A stretch of 64,000 nucleotides of DNA. Source: a virus. Shown one piece after another: positions 20,001 to 29,134 of the stretch. The notes beneath the pieces were generated by a model. It saw only the letters and a list, made by a program, of their open reading frames with translations, searched no databases and was not told the origin of the DNA. Where the stretch lies: positions 77,324 to 141,323 of the IMG/VR virus record IMGVR_UViG_3300022924_000016. One strand, written 5' to 3'. Each line of letters starts with the position of its first letter. Position 1 is the stretch's first letter. The position numbers were made by a program, and so were the translations under genes.

Positions 20001-22569
20001 GTCAGCTGTCAGGGATGCCCAATCTATTTTGGAAGTTCAGACCGCCGAGGCAAGAAACATTCTAGAAGAACAAGAAACAACAGAAATTCAATCAGTTTCA
20101 ACAGTTAATGAAAGCTACAGAAAAGATTTACAATCTAATGGAATCACTTCAAACAGTCCGCAAGAAATTGATTTTATATTAAAACACGTAACTTCAAACG
20201 GTAGAAGCAGTATAGAATCTTTAAGAAGAAACTTGCAGAGATTGCAAAAAGGAGAGTCTGTCATTATGACTGATTTTTTAAGGAACTTAACTGATGGAAG
20301 AACAGACTATGACAATGTCTTATCAGAATTTGCGAGAAGAAAACTTTTACCATATTATAAAAGAACAGAACCGCAAGGATTTACGGAAGCCTATGAAGAA
20401 CTAAAAAGAAATGTCTCTGAAAACCAATCGGGAGCAGTTTTAGATTTTATTGAAAGCGGTATAGTAGAAGTAAAACCAAGTTGGAGCTATTATGACGCAA
20501 TGGCAAATGTAAACCCTAAATGGATTGAAAATCGTGACGCGCAAAGAGACCAATACACAGAAGCCTATAAAAACTCTGTAAGGAATGATGAATACTACCA
20601 AAGATATGGAATAGACGAGCAAGGAAACGCCACACAAAACATTCAAGAGTTCGAAGCCAGAAAAATACTTCTAGAATATAACGACCAAAGTTTGGAAAAT
20701 TATGGTATCCAAGCAACACATGACAGATACCAATTACCGCAGTTTTTAAGGAGCGCGACAAGAAGATTAACAGACGGCTCAAATAAACTAAAATCCCTAA
20801 AAGAAATCGCCTCAGATATGACAGGTATCAGAGAGGATGAAGCAGATTTAGGACAGGATGTATCAGGAAATCTCGCCAAAAAAGGAGACAGCCTATTATC
20901 GGTTCCAACTTACGGGGTAAGAAAATTGAAAGACCAAACAGATGTAACAGACGAACTTTTATTGTCTTATGCAATGTTCAACCAACAGTCAGCATTATAC
21001 AAAGCAAGAAGAGAAAACATCTCAGATATGCTGGTATTGGAAGATTTCATATTGTCAAAAGAAAGAGATTATCCAGGCAAAAAAGCGGAAGCAACAAACA
21101 CCTATAAAATGTTCAATTCATTTCTAAAATCAAATTTCTATGGCGTAAAAGAAACATTCAGCCAAGAAGTAACAGTTTTAGGGAAAAAAGTGGATTTAGG
21201 AAAACTGGCAAGAACTTTCAACAGCTGGGTAAGATTCTCAAATTTAGCGGGTGTGACAGTACCATTGACTTCGGCTCTGCAAGGAAAAACTCAAGAATTT
21301 TTAGAGGTGGCTGTAGGTGAAGTTTTAGATAGAACGGCTTACAAGGAGGCGCAGAAAGAATTTGCAAGGAAAGGAAGTCAGCAGGCGGGAGAAATTTTAA
21401 AATATAATGGGAAAGCTGAGATTTCAGTCTATGGTGAGCGTTTTGGATTATACAATCTGACAGAAAGATTTGAAAACTCTTACATTGGAAGAGCGGGGAG
21501 AGGTATTTTGAAATCATCGTCACTTTTGCATAGTTTGGGCAACTTTCCTGTAACAACGACCGTGATGCTTTCTGTAATTTACGACTATAGAGTTTATGGA
21601 AACGAAGTTATTACATATAGACAGTTTAAGGAGATTAATAATGGAAAAGACGACAGATTACTTTGGGAAAAACAACCTCTATTCAAAGATTTAATCCCTG
21701 TAAAAGATGGTGTTATTGCGCCTAATTACAAAGGTATCTCTGAACAGTTAAACATAAGTGAAGAGGAAGCTGTTGAAAAAACAGACTTGATTTTAGAAGC
21801 AATTAATGCTAGAACGGCTTCGGCGGTTCAGAGAGTCGATTCTCAGATAAAAGAAAGTGACAAGTCAATTGCGGCTAGGGACAGTCGATCTAACTTTTTC
21901 TTACTTCATCAAGGATGGTTTTTGGTTGCGCTACAAAATAAGACAAAAAACTATCACTATAACATTTCGGAGGGGACATATCAGGAAGGGAACCTAAGAA
22001 CTACCTTAAATTTAATAAACAATCTTGCCCAAAATGTTTTAAAACCAAAAGAATTAAAAAGAATTTGGCAAGAAAATATGGCAGATGAGTTATCAAGAAG
22101 AAATCTTAGACGTACGGCATATGAGATAGCTTTAGCCAATATATTAGCAATTGCGGCAATACTTTTAGCCAACATGGCAGATGAACCCGACGATCCAGCA
22201 TACCTACTGACAATGAGTGATTACTTTCTTACAAGAGTAGCGGTTGAGCAGATTTCAGGAACAGTTGCTCTACCATTAAATGTTGACCAAATGCTTTCAG
22301 ACCCTTTGATTATTAAAACTAAATTTGAAGACTTGATGAAAATAGATGAACTATTTAGTTCTGACTTGGTATCAACAGGAAGTTTCGCAAATGAGACAAA
22401 AAGATACCGTTGGCTATCTAAAAACTTACCTTTTGTTAAAGACTATCACAGGTTTTCTGACCTATCCAAAGCCCGTGATACCTATGCGTACTTTTCAGTG
22501 GAAAAACCAAATTTGTTTAGGAATTGGGCTTGGTTATCAAATTTAGCAGAAAACGAATCAGAAGAATAA
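17005..22569 (+). CDS. Giant ejection protein with degenerate zincin-like metallopeptidase segment
   Basis: 1854 aa; starts MAC; LTEEVSH...EEILGK; hydrophobic helix near the C-terminus; no RNAP DxDGD motif seen. Confidence 0.55.
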   Translation: MACEIIYKNGRQVGVNAPDGRPSLVFNQILNIPHIQDFQEALKGYTNLLADNNNEESPISFQNQGQEFQTLKEALKNSQPNSEIQVVTNGKSFMTIDTTINPQTRSGLLNSLIKEDILTGNSFLDVDGAKVLEVTGNNEQEKAVYADVARTVSKRYKGAFSALVGQDNNITFRERQEVPKSETFTQLTQRFDEPTAVFIKTLEEISLETNANNSALEEIQIIPENQLQEKLLQLLNKLGVKTTSIEKWAEKYAQKNGYEPSAKALADLANNIVAFKDGIITQADLTEEVSHFIIATLDEEQIANQKRNVHRTKEWAEFAEQYFEIYSETLEGEGLEDAVREEILGKVLANSLLDNFAREGETTLEGGIVATLRNFFQDFFNRVYDFFQPNYQTQLETFTEQVYRDLMNDSLDVDVRNKENKSYTLYNSAGRTALAQTIQKSYETLLNQQYALRNSSANKNTLNKLKQTIALTDEASLKNSTLQLVAVANSQANSLLKSLETADKNSRHFTSEENGVFQSTVSRLAPMLRQIRESINDKAIAKQIDDVLQKISTIEGRVPATNTKARDLIVERVIRKNNMTPEQANKYREYIDNISRTAEADTGWLHAHLGGLINSRDGLLNLAGEIIERTQYQERTTHQNQTKPFLNRLEALGLTESQIPTTLKKLIYNGGIINETDPQKVLEVDNTEKARILSVILREPLTKETVQEKIDSMQSEYDSLQRELTANKELSQEDIDKKTQNRDEISGQLANLEKEFRKTFTQRFESYFDPKYLEKLQNFSIVTNGVTIDRTSIPDDVLQLDKLYRSQIGEIKKQGELTSSEIAEIKNLTKQKLQEANPRYSDGKLKKGVLEVYDRELKKFTYFLDASEDLSDLDFSEAQKVVGLQNLMLLNSEFYKGNSNSQGITQKFLDELNSLSTEQEKFDFLNNNATTAFTQDFWDNFDPNNSLVARLLEVGSPEALEFAQNIREQQSIISTIIRGNKSMSNPSEVDVFDMNDIEMSAVRDAQSILEVQTAEARNILEEQETTEIQSVSTVNESYRKDLQSNGITSNSPQEIDFILKHVTSNGRSSIESLRRNLQRLQKGESVIMTDFLRNLTDGRTDYDNVLSEFARRKLLPYYKRTEPQGFTEAYEELKRNVSENQSGAVLDFIESGIVEVKPSWSYYDAMANVNPKWIENRDAQRDQYTEAYKNSVRNDEYYQRYGIDEQGNATQNIQEFEARKILLEYNDQSLENYGIQATHDRYQLPQFLRSATRRLTDGSNKLKSLKEIASDMTGIREDEADLGQDVSGNLAKKGDSLLSVPTYGVRKLKDQTDVTDELLLSYAMFNQQSALYKARRENISDMLVLEDFILSKERDYPGKKAEATNTYKMFNSFLKSNFYGVKETFSQEVTVLGKKVDLGKLARTFNSWVRFSNLAGVTVPLTSALQGKTQEFLEVAVGEVLDRTAYKEAQKEFARKGSQQAGEILKYNGKAEISVYGERFGLYNLTERFENSYIGRAGRGILKSSSLLHSLGNFPVTTTVMLSVIYDYRVYGNEVITYRQFKEINNGKDDRLLWEKQPLFKDLIPVKDGVIAPNYKGISEQLNISEEEAVEKTDLILEAINARTASAVQRVDSQIKESDKSIAARDSRSNFFLLHQGWFLVALQNKTKNYHYNISEGTYQEGNLRTTLNLINNLAQNVLKPKELKRIWQENMADELSRRNLRRTAYEIALANILAIAAILLANMADEPDDPAYLLTMSDYFLTRVAVEQISGTVALPLNVDQMLSDPLIIKTKFEDLMKIDELFSSDLVSTGSFANETKRYRWLSKNLPFVKDYHRFSDLSKARDTYAYFSVEKPNLFRNWAWLSNLAENESEE

Positions 22570-23327
22570 TGGCAATAAAAAGATCAGATAGAGTAGGAGA
22601 AAAATTCATAACTAGGCAGGGATACTCAGGCGAAATAGTAAGTTATACAAATTCTTATGTTTCAACAGTTAAGTTATCAGATGGCACTTTTATTGATAAT
22701 GTAGCCTATGAGAGAATAAGTGACGGATGTCTTAAAAACCCTAATCATAGAAATGCTTTAGGTATTGGGTTCCAAGGACAGGGTAAATATACTTTTACAC
22801 AATATCCTGAAATAGAACAAAAATGGAGATCAATGATATCTAGATGTTATTCAGAAGCAGTTCATAAAAGACAACCTGCTTATATTGGGTGTTCTGTCTC
22901 AGAAGAATGGCATAATTTCCAAGTTTTTGCCGAATGGTATGAAAATAACTATAATCCTGAGTATATGAATTCAAGTTGGCATTTAGATAAGGATATTATT
23001 TGCAAAGATTGTAAAACTTACTCATCAGAAAATTGTGCTTTCATACCTCGTGAAATCAACAACTTATTTTTAAAATCTGCCAAAGTAGATAATAATTGCC
23101 CAAGAGGAGTGTCTAAGAAAAAACAAGGAGGGAAGTATCACATTAATTTATCTCTAAAGGTAACTAAAGGTTTCAAAGGATATTTCATTACACCCGAAGA
23201 AGCTTTTAAAGTATTCAAAGACATGAAAGAGCAACATATAAAAGAAGTCGCCGACAAATGGAAAGACCTAATCGATCCAAGAGTTTACGAAGCACTCTAT
23301 AATTATAGAGTAGAAATAACAGATTAA
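22569..23327 (+). CDS. HNH-like homing endonuclease with AP2-like C-terminal domain
   Basis: WRSMISRCY, GCSVSEEWHNFQ.FAEW, LDKDII, YSSENC.FIP..IN. ATG at 22569 overlaps the upstream TAA and is preferred to the annotated TTG. Confidence 0.75.
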   Translation: MAIKRSDRVGEKFITRQGYSGEIVSYTNSYVSTVKLSDGTFIDNVAYERISDGCLKNPNHRNALGIGFQGQGKYTFTQYPEIEQKWRSMISRCYSEAVHKRQPAYIGCSVSEEWHNFQVFAEWYENNYNPEYMNSSWHLDKDIICKDCKTYSSENCAFIPREINNLFLKSAKVDNNCPRGVSKKKQGGKYHINLSLKVTKGFKGYFITPEEAFKVFKDMKEQHIKEVADKWKDLIDPRVYEALYNYRVEITD

Positions 23328-23351
23328 AAATTAACCCAAACACAAATAAAA

Positions 23352-23507
23352 ATGAACAGATTCAGATTAAGCTGGTTTAACCTTTTCACAACCCTTAACG
23401 CATTAATCCTGCCAAAAGATGTAGTAGTTGAAAAAGTAGAAGATGGGGATGACATCCTCACAGCAATAGCAAAATTACAAGCCCAAATTGATGAATTAAA
23501 CGCCTAA
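23352..23507 (+). CDS. Small protein (51 aa), not in the ORF track
   Basis: MNRFRLSW...GDDILTAIAKLQAQIDELNA; A-rich start context; followed by a terminator. Confidence 0.55.
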   Translation: MNRFRLSWFNLFTTLNALILPKDVVVEKVEDGDDILTAIAKLQAQIDELNA

Positions 23508-23511
23508 AACG

Positions 23512-23546
23512 AAAATCCCTGAGACTAAATATCAAAGGGATTTTTT
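23512..23546 (+). terminator. Intrinsic terminator ending the virion operon
   Basis: AAAATCCCT...AGGGATTTTTT. Confidence 0.7.
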
Positions 23547-23587
23547 AATTTAACAAACCTTTGGCTTTTATTTTGAATTAAACTTCC

Positions 23588-23595
23588 TATATTTG
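23588..23595 (+). promoter_or_regulatory. -7 promoter element
   Basis: TATATTTG followed by CAGAAGAAAA, just after the terminator. Confidence 0.65.
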
Positions 23596-23616
23596 CAGAA
23601 GAAAAATAAATAAAAT

Positions 23617-23844
23617 ATGGAAGATTTTAAATGGAAAACTTACGCACCTCATTCAAATAACAATGAAACTATGGATGATTTCTTGACCAATTACCTCGAT
23701 AACCATTGCGGGATAGACTTCACCATTGTTTATGAAGATGGATCGTATGCTGAGATAATTAATTCAGAAAAAGAGCATTATGCAATCCATGCCTCGGGAG
23801 ATGGGGATTTCTTTAACCATAAAATTAGATTTGAAAAACTATGA
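23617..23844 (+). CDS. Hypothetical protein
   Basis: ORF downstream of a promoter. Confidence 0.6.
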   Translation: MEDFKWKTYAPHSNNNETMDDFLTNYLDNHCGIDFTIVYEDGSYAEIINSEKEHYAIHASGDGDFFNHKIRFEKL

Positions 23845-24053
23845 AAACAGCAATGCAAGATATGATACAGTTTTTAGAAGAAAACTGCATGGATGGAGCA
23901 ACAGAACCAAAAGAAATTCTTTTTAAAGCTTTTGAACTCCAAGACAAAGAAAAAAAGCAAATTTCTGATGCTTGGGAATTTGGAAAGTCGGCTGGGTACG
24001 CTAATGCCGATTATACAGTAGGAGATTATTTTAACGAAATATTTAATTCATAG
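23841..24053 (+). CDS. Hypothetical protein, paralogue of 28074-28283
   Basis: Shared EENC.DG.TEPKEILFKA.EL..KEK.QI.DA. Confidence 0.7.
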   Translation: MKTAMQDMIQFLEENCMDGATEPKEILFKAFELQDKEKKQISDAWEFGKSAGYANADYTVGDYFNEIFNS

Positions 24054-24056
24054 CTT

Positions 24057-24461
24057 ATGAAAACACAAGAAAACAAACAAAAAGCTATTGAGTTGGCTTA
24101 TGGGGATTATTATTTAGAAGGTAGTTCAATTGATGAAAACGGATGGACTGATTCTATTAGTTCTGAAATGTTAAATACAATACCTTGTGATTATAAATCA
24201 TTAGAAATAGAATATAAAAGAACTAGTCATTTTTATAGACCAAAATCACTTTCAGCAATCGAACACAACAACAATTGGATTTCCATACGTTCAAAAGAAG
24301 ATTTGCCAAATAATAATGGTCATTATTTAGTATTTAATAAACACAACAATACCATTGATATTGATTATATACATTCTGACTATGATTCTCATTCAGAAAG
24401 ATGGATGGAATTTAATTCACATTACCAACCTATCGAAAAACCATCAAAACCACTGTACTAA
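24057..24461 (+). CDS. Hypothetical protein with DUF551-like C-terminus
   Basis: WISI....DLP....YLV ... SHYQPIEKP. Confidence 0.5.
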   Translation: MKTQENKQKAIELAYGDYYLEGSSIDENGWTDSISSEMLNTIPCDYKSLEIEYKRTSHFYRPKSLSAIEHNNNWISIRSKEDLPNNNGHYLVFNKHNNTIDIDYIHSDYDSHSERWMEFNSHYQPIEKPSKPLY

Positions 24462-24693
24462 TGAACACAAAAATTAAAATTTTTAGAAATGGAAATAGTG
24501 ATAGTTTACTAGAATCACAAGTTAACCAATTTTTAAACAAGTGCAAAAGCATTCTATCAGTAACGGCTTTAAGCACTTCAAAAGTAGGGGATATCGCAAT
24601 AGTTGTGGTATTTATCGATAATTTATAAAAAGCAATATACTATAAAACAGCAAAAGGAATTTAAAATATAAATTCAACCACTAAATAAAATAA

Positions 24694-26745
24694 ATGAAAA
24701 CATTATTAACAGCATTACTTATTACAACATTATCTTTCGGGCAATTTAATCCCCAAACACAGCAAAACACTGTAAACCAACCAACAACAGCTTCAAACAC
24801 TTACTCACACCCTAGTGAGCTTAAATTAGACAACACACTAACCTTAGTAGAAGGAGCAAACCTTACAATAAACGGCAATTTGTCTAGGCTAGGTAATAAT
24901 GGTAGAATCATTATGATGGGTAATAACAAGCTCATAGTAAATGGAAACATAAACAGTAACATTAAGTTTGAAATGAATGGAAATTGCTGTATCTATTCTT
25001 CTTCCAATATCAATATCCAATCAGGCGATGTTACTTCAAATAACTCTGGAAACTATATCAGCAGTGGGGGAAATATTAACGGGCTAAGCAACATCCCACA
25101 ATCAATTTGTGCCAACCAGCAAATCTCTAATCCTTGCGCCAATCCTAATACGATTAACTGCGGAAACCAATGTTCAACCGATCCGAATAACACCGCCACT
25201 TGGAAGACAGTGAATGGAGTTTTAGGCTGGTATAACGGACAGAACCCTACTACACCGGCAGACAAGACAGCTATCATAGCGGAGGACTTTTCAGGTTTTG
25301 GATTCAGATGTTGCTCTCTTACAATCAATACAGGAAAATCATTAACCGTTAATACAGGCATTACAGTTTCAGTTACAAACTCTGTTAAAAACTACGGCAA
25401 CCTAACAGTCAATAACGGAGGAAATCTTATTCAAGTGAACGACTATTCCATTAATTTAGGCAACGCCATAGTAAAAAGAACAGCAAAACCTATGACAAGA
25501 TATGACTACACTTATTGGTCTTCTCCTGTTGCAAATCAGACTCTTTTTAATCTATCACCTCTAACTCTATCAGATAAGTATTTTAAATGGAACTCAACCA
25601 ATCAAAGCTGGCAGGTAATTCCATCAGGGAATGAAGTGATGCAGAAAGCCTTGGGGTATATTGTTAGAGCACCTCAGACATTTACAATCTCAGGAACGCC
25701 TGAAGTATTTTCAGCCACTTTCTCAGGAGTCTTAAATAACGGCTTAGCAAAAGTAACAACATCTACAGGCTTGGCACTTTTAGGAAATCTTTATCCGAGT
25801 TCTCTAGACGCTAGAAAATTTATCTTGCAAAATTCTGTAGGAACACTATATTTTTGGACGCACAACACAAAGGTAAGCAGTATTCCTAATTCAGAGGGTC
25901 ATTACAGCTACAATAGTGCAGACTACGCATGTTTTAATCTAACAGGCGGAACAGCCACAGGAGTAGGAGAAACGCCTAATGGATATATTGGTTCGGGACA
26001 GGGATTCTTTGTGGAGACTTCTACAAGCTCAGAGATAGTTTTTAATAATTCAATGAGAACTTTAGGCAGTACCAATACGCAGTTTTTTAGGAATGGTCAA
26101 GAAGGCAGATTATGGCTAAATCTTGTAAATTCTGAAAATACTAGATTCTCTCAAATTCTTTTGGGGTATTTAGCAGAAGCAAATGATGGGTTTGATAACT
26201 TATATGACGGAAAAACAAAAAGTTCAGGAAGTTATTTATATTCTATTTTAGATGATAAAGAATTGGCAATCCAAGGAAAGGCTGTTTTTCAAGATACAGA
26301 CGAAGTTAAATTAGGATATTCGGCGACAACACAGGGAAGCTTTAATATTTCTTTGGATAGCTTTGAAGGAGTTTTTGATAATCAAGATATTTACTTAGAG
26401 GACAAGCTTTTAAACTTAGTTCATAACTTAAAAAACTCTGCTTATTCTTTCAGTACTTCGGCGGGAAACTTTAAAGAGAGATTTGTTTTAAAATATAGAC
26501 AGGCGAATTTAGGGGTAAAAGAAAGTAAACTAGAATGTAATATCTATGCTTCAAATAACATAATTAGAGTAAATAGCAAAGAAACAGTAAAATCAATAGA
26601 AGTTTATGATTTATCAGGGAAATTACTATATAAACAAACGGTTAACAACACTAATTTCAAAACAGAAAGAATTGAAGCTGATTGTGTAATAGTGAAATTG
26701 AATATTGAAGTAAAGACATTTTCAAAAAAGATTCTGCTAAAGTAA
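24694..26745 (+). CDS. T9SS sorting-domain-containing secreted protein (Flavobacterium-type)
   Basis: Sec signal peptide MKTLLTALLITTLSFG/Q; YTYWSSPV, GNLYPS.LD, GQGFFV, GFD..YDG, YLEDKLL, ERFVLKY; C-terminal domain ...VKSIEVYDLSGKLLY...VKL...FSKKILLK. Confidence 0.85.
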   Translation: MKTLLTALLITTLSFGQFNPQTQQNTVNQPTTASNTYSHPSELKLDNTLTLVEGANLTINGNLSRLGNNGRIIMMGNNKLIVNGNINSNIKFEMNGNCCIYSSSNINIQSGDVTSNNSGNYISSGGNINGLSNIPQSICANQQISNPCANPNTINCGNQCSTDPNNTATWKTVNGVLGWYNGQNPTTPADKTAIIAEDFSGFGFRCCSLTINTGKSLTVNTGITVSVTNSVKNYGNLTVNNGGNLIQVNDYSINLGNAIVKRTAKPMTRYDYTYWSSPVANQTLFNLSPLTLSDKYFKWNSTNQSWQVIPSGNEVMQKALGYIVRAPQTFTISGTPEVFSATFSGVLNNGLAKVTTSTGLALLGNLYPSSLDARKFILQNSVGTLYFWTHNTKVSSIPNSEGHYSYNSADYACFNLTGGTATGVGETPNGYIGSGQGFFVETSTSSEIVFNNSMRTLGSTNTQFFRNGQEGRLWLNLVNSENTRFSQILLGYLAEANDGFDNLYDGKTKSSGSYLYSILDDKELAIQGKAVFQDTDEVKLGYSATTQGSFNISLDSFEGVFDNQDIYLEDKLLNLVHNLKNSAYSFSTSAGNFKERFVLKYRQANLGVKESKLECNIYASNNIIRVNSKETVKSIEVYDLSGKLLYKQTVNNTNFKTERIEADCVIVKLNIEVKTFSKKILLK

Positions 26746-26799
26746 AGTTAAAAAATAATTGGAAAATATTGCGTAGATTTGAAGAATAAAATAAAAGAT

Positions 26800-27291
26800 A
26801 TGGACAAGATTAAACAACTACAAAAACAACTTGATGTTGAAAGAGCCAAAGAAAAAAGTAAAGAGCTTGAAAAAATTAATAAATTGACGGGTATTAGAAT
26901 TGGGGATGTTGTTGAATTTACTTATGAAGATGGATCAGGTGGTTATGACAGTGAATACTACTGGTCAAAGGGAGAAGTATACGATATTCATAAATCCTTT
27001 GAATCTATTTTTCTCTATATAAAAGGACGACACACTTCTATAAATTTAAAAGATGCTAAATTATTCAATGAAAATGACTATGAGATGCGTCACTCTATCT
27101 ATGAAAGAGAGTTAGACTTAGAAGATGAGTTTCAATTGATTGTTGAAAAACCAAAATCTACAAAAGGAAAAGTGTATAAGGTATATAAAATATTAAAGGA
27201 AGTAGGTGAAAATATTCAATATTTTTATTGGAATGATTATAATAAATCGCAATCCTTATACGAAGGAGAGTTTTACGTAACAAAACCTTGA
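26800..27291 (+). CDS. Hypothetical protein
   Basis: ORF; TAGATTTG promoter element at 26774-26781 favours the ATG at 26800. Confidence 0.6.
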   Translation: MDKIKQLQKQLDVERAKEKSKELEKINKLTGIRIGDVVEFTYEDGSGGYDSEYYWSKGEVYDIHKSFESIFLYIKGRHTSINLKDAKLFNENDYEMRHSIYERELDLEDEFQLIVEKPKSTKGKVYKVYKILKEVGENIQYFYWNDYNKSQSLYEGEFYVTKP

Positions 27292-27741
27292 AATGGACAA
27301 ACATCTAAAAGAGCTGTATAACGTGTCAATGGGATTACTTTTAAAAGATACTCAAAATAAATCTTTTTTCACGCAAAAAGAGTTTGAGAAGAACAGAGCT
27401 AAAATTGGAATTATCCATAACGCAAAAGATAAATTAGAAGAAAAATTAAAAGTATGAGATATTACTATCATCACTTTGGAGACGATGAGCCTGTAGAAGT
27501 TTTCATTATACAGGAATCAAAAGGCTTAGTTGAAATTAACCGAGACCCAAAAGCAAGAGCAGGGCATTGGAAAAGTAAAACACAATTAATCATAAAATAA
27601 TGGAAAAATCTTTCAAAGAGTTTATTGATATAGTTTTTGGAACGACTATGTTTTTTCTCCTTTTGGTAAATTTTCAAGAGGATTTAGGAAGTGCTAAACT
27701 ACTATCGATATGTGCAGTTTTATCTATATTTTATAGAAAGT

Positions 27742-28077
27742 ATGACAACAGAACTAACTAAAGACATTTGGAATAACTTCATAGCAATTCCATTCAACAA
27801 AAACAAGTCACACAACTTTTCGGTAAAAGATTTGAAAACAATCATAGAAAAGCATTTAGGTAAGGAAGAAGTAAAGAAACAGTTTAAACCTTTTAAAGTT
27901 GGAGAAGTTTACCAAACCAAAGGGCAAGTTTCAGAACCGTTCAAAATCGCGGAAATAAAAACTAAAATAAAAGAAGGCAAAACAGTTCCATATTACTTTA
28001 ACGGATTTTATTTAAACAGAGAACACTTAGGAATTTGTCCAATAAACGCAGAACAATTAATACAGAAAATAAGATGA
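27742..28077 (+). CDS. Hypothetical protein
   Basis: ORF; ATG at 27742 preferred. Confidence 0.55.
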   Translation: MTTELTKDIWNNFIAIPFNKNKSHNFSVKDLKTIIEKHLGKEEVKKQFKPFKVGEVYQTKGQVSEPFKIAEIKTKIKEGKTVPYYFNGFYLNREHLGICPINAEQLIQKIR

Positions 28078-28283
28078 AAACAATAATTCAAGAATTAATT
28101 GAGTGGATTGAAGAAAATTGCATAGATGGTGTGACAGAACCTAAAGAAATTCTTTTCAAGGCTATTGAACTTAAAGAAAAAGAAAAACAACAAATTATGG
28201 ACGCTTATCAATATGCAGAAGACGTTTGCTATGCAGAATCTGATTTTACCGCAGAGGAATACTATAATAAATACTTCAAATAA
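28074..28283 (+). CDS. Hypothetical protein, paralogue of 23841-24053
   Basis: Sequence similarity; ATGA overlap. Confidence 0.7.
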   Translation: MKTIIQELIEWIEENCIDGVTEPKEILFKAIELKEKEKQQIMDAYQYAEDVCYAESDFTAEEYYNKYFK

Positions 28284-28285
28284 GA

Positions 28286-28636
28286 ATGAATATATTTACT
28301 CTAACCGAATATGACTACGATGGAAACAGCTGGTCATTATGGATGCACAAGACTAAAGAAAAAGAACAGTTTGTTGAAGATTGTCAATGGATTGTAAAAA
28401 CTCATTTGGAATTGTTATTTAAAGCCGAAGAAGAGGGATTTTACAAGAGAATTGGAAGTGAAGAAGTAATAAATTTAATAAGAGAGTATTTACCTAAGCT
28501 AGGCTATGAAAACACCAGAGCCTGGGATTATGGTTTTAGATGGCAAATCCGTGCTGAGGAAATCTTAGAAGAAATTGTAGATGAAAGTACTCTATCTAAG
28601 TTAAAGCAACACAATAAAAAAGCATTTAAGAAATGA
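28286..28636 (+). CDS. Hypothetical protein
   Basis: ORF in a tightly packed operon. Confidence 0.6.
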   Translation: MNIFTLTEYDYDGNSWSLWMHKTKEKEQFVEDCQWIVKTHLELLFKAEEEGFYKRIGSEEVINLIREYLPKLGYENTRAWDYGFRWQIRAEEILEEIVDESTLSKLKQHNKKAFKK

Positions 28637-28890
28637 AAAACTTAATATTATTTTTACTCTTTCCAATTTTAATTTTGGCGCAAGAAAAAGAATTAGAAGT
28701 ATTCCAAACAAACGAAATAGGGTTACAACAGTTAGTACCAAGCCAAATAGTTATAGAAACAGAGTACAAAACAGAAATCTATAAAACTAATGAGTTAGGT
28801 ATTAGAAACCTAATACCCGAAGTAATTATAGAAAAGAAAAACGAACAAGATTTAGAACCAATTAATTATATAGATGGAAACAAGAATTAA
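28633..28890 (+). CDS. Small secreted protein with two internal repeats
   Basis: Signal peptide MKNLILFLLFPILILA/Q; repeats EVFQTNEIGLQQLVP and EIYKTNELGIRNLIP. Confidence 0.6.
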   Translation: MKNLILFLLFPILILAQEKELEVFQTNEIGLQQLVPSQIVIETEYKTEIYKTNELGIRNLIPEVIIEKKNEQDLEPINYIDGNKN

Positions 28891-29134
28891 ACTTACATTT
28901 GGAAGCTTCAACAATAATCAAGGAGAAGTAGAGGTTACAAATAATATCCACAATCAAACTTATGAATTATCAGAAGAATTTTTAGGAGAGATGGAAAAAG
29001 TTCTAAGGTTAGACAGCTCTTTTAAAATCGGCGGGAAAAGTATTGAAACACAAGAAATTGAAATTCATGGATTCAGATTCCTAGACAGAAAAGAGATAGA
29101 ACAGTTTTTAAATTGGTTTGACAAAAATGTTTAG
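28874..29134 (+). CDS. Hypothetical protein
   Basis: ORF. Confidence 0.55.
   Translation: METRIKLTFGSFNNNQGEVEVTNNIHNQTYELSEEFLGEMEKVLRLDSSFKIGGKSIETQEIEIHGFRFLDRKEIEQFLNWFDKNV

Noticed and set aside
8494-22569. crAss-like virion RNA polymerase among the giant ORFs
   Set aside because: No DxDGD/DFDID-type catalytic motif found in the translations
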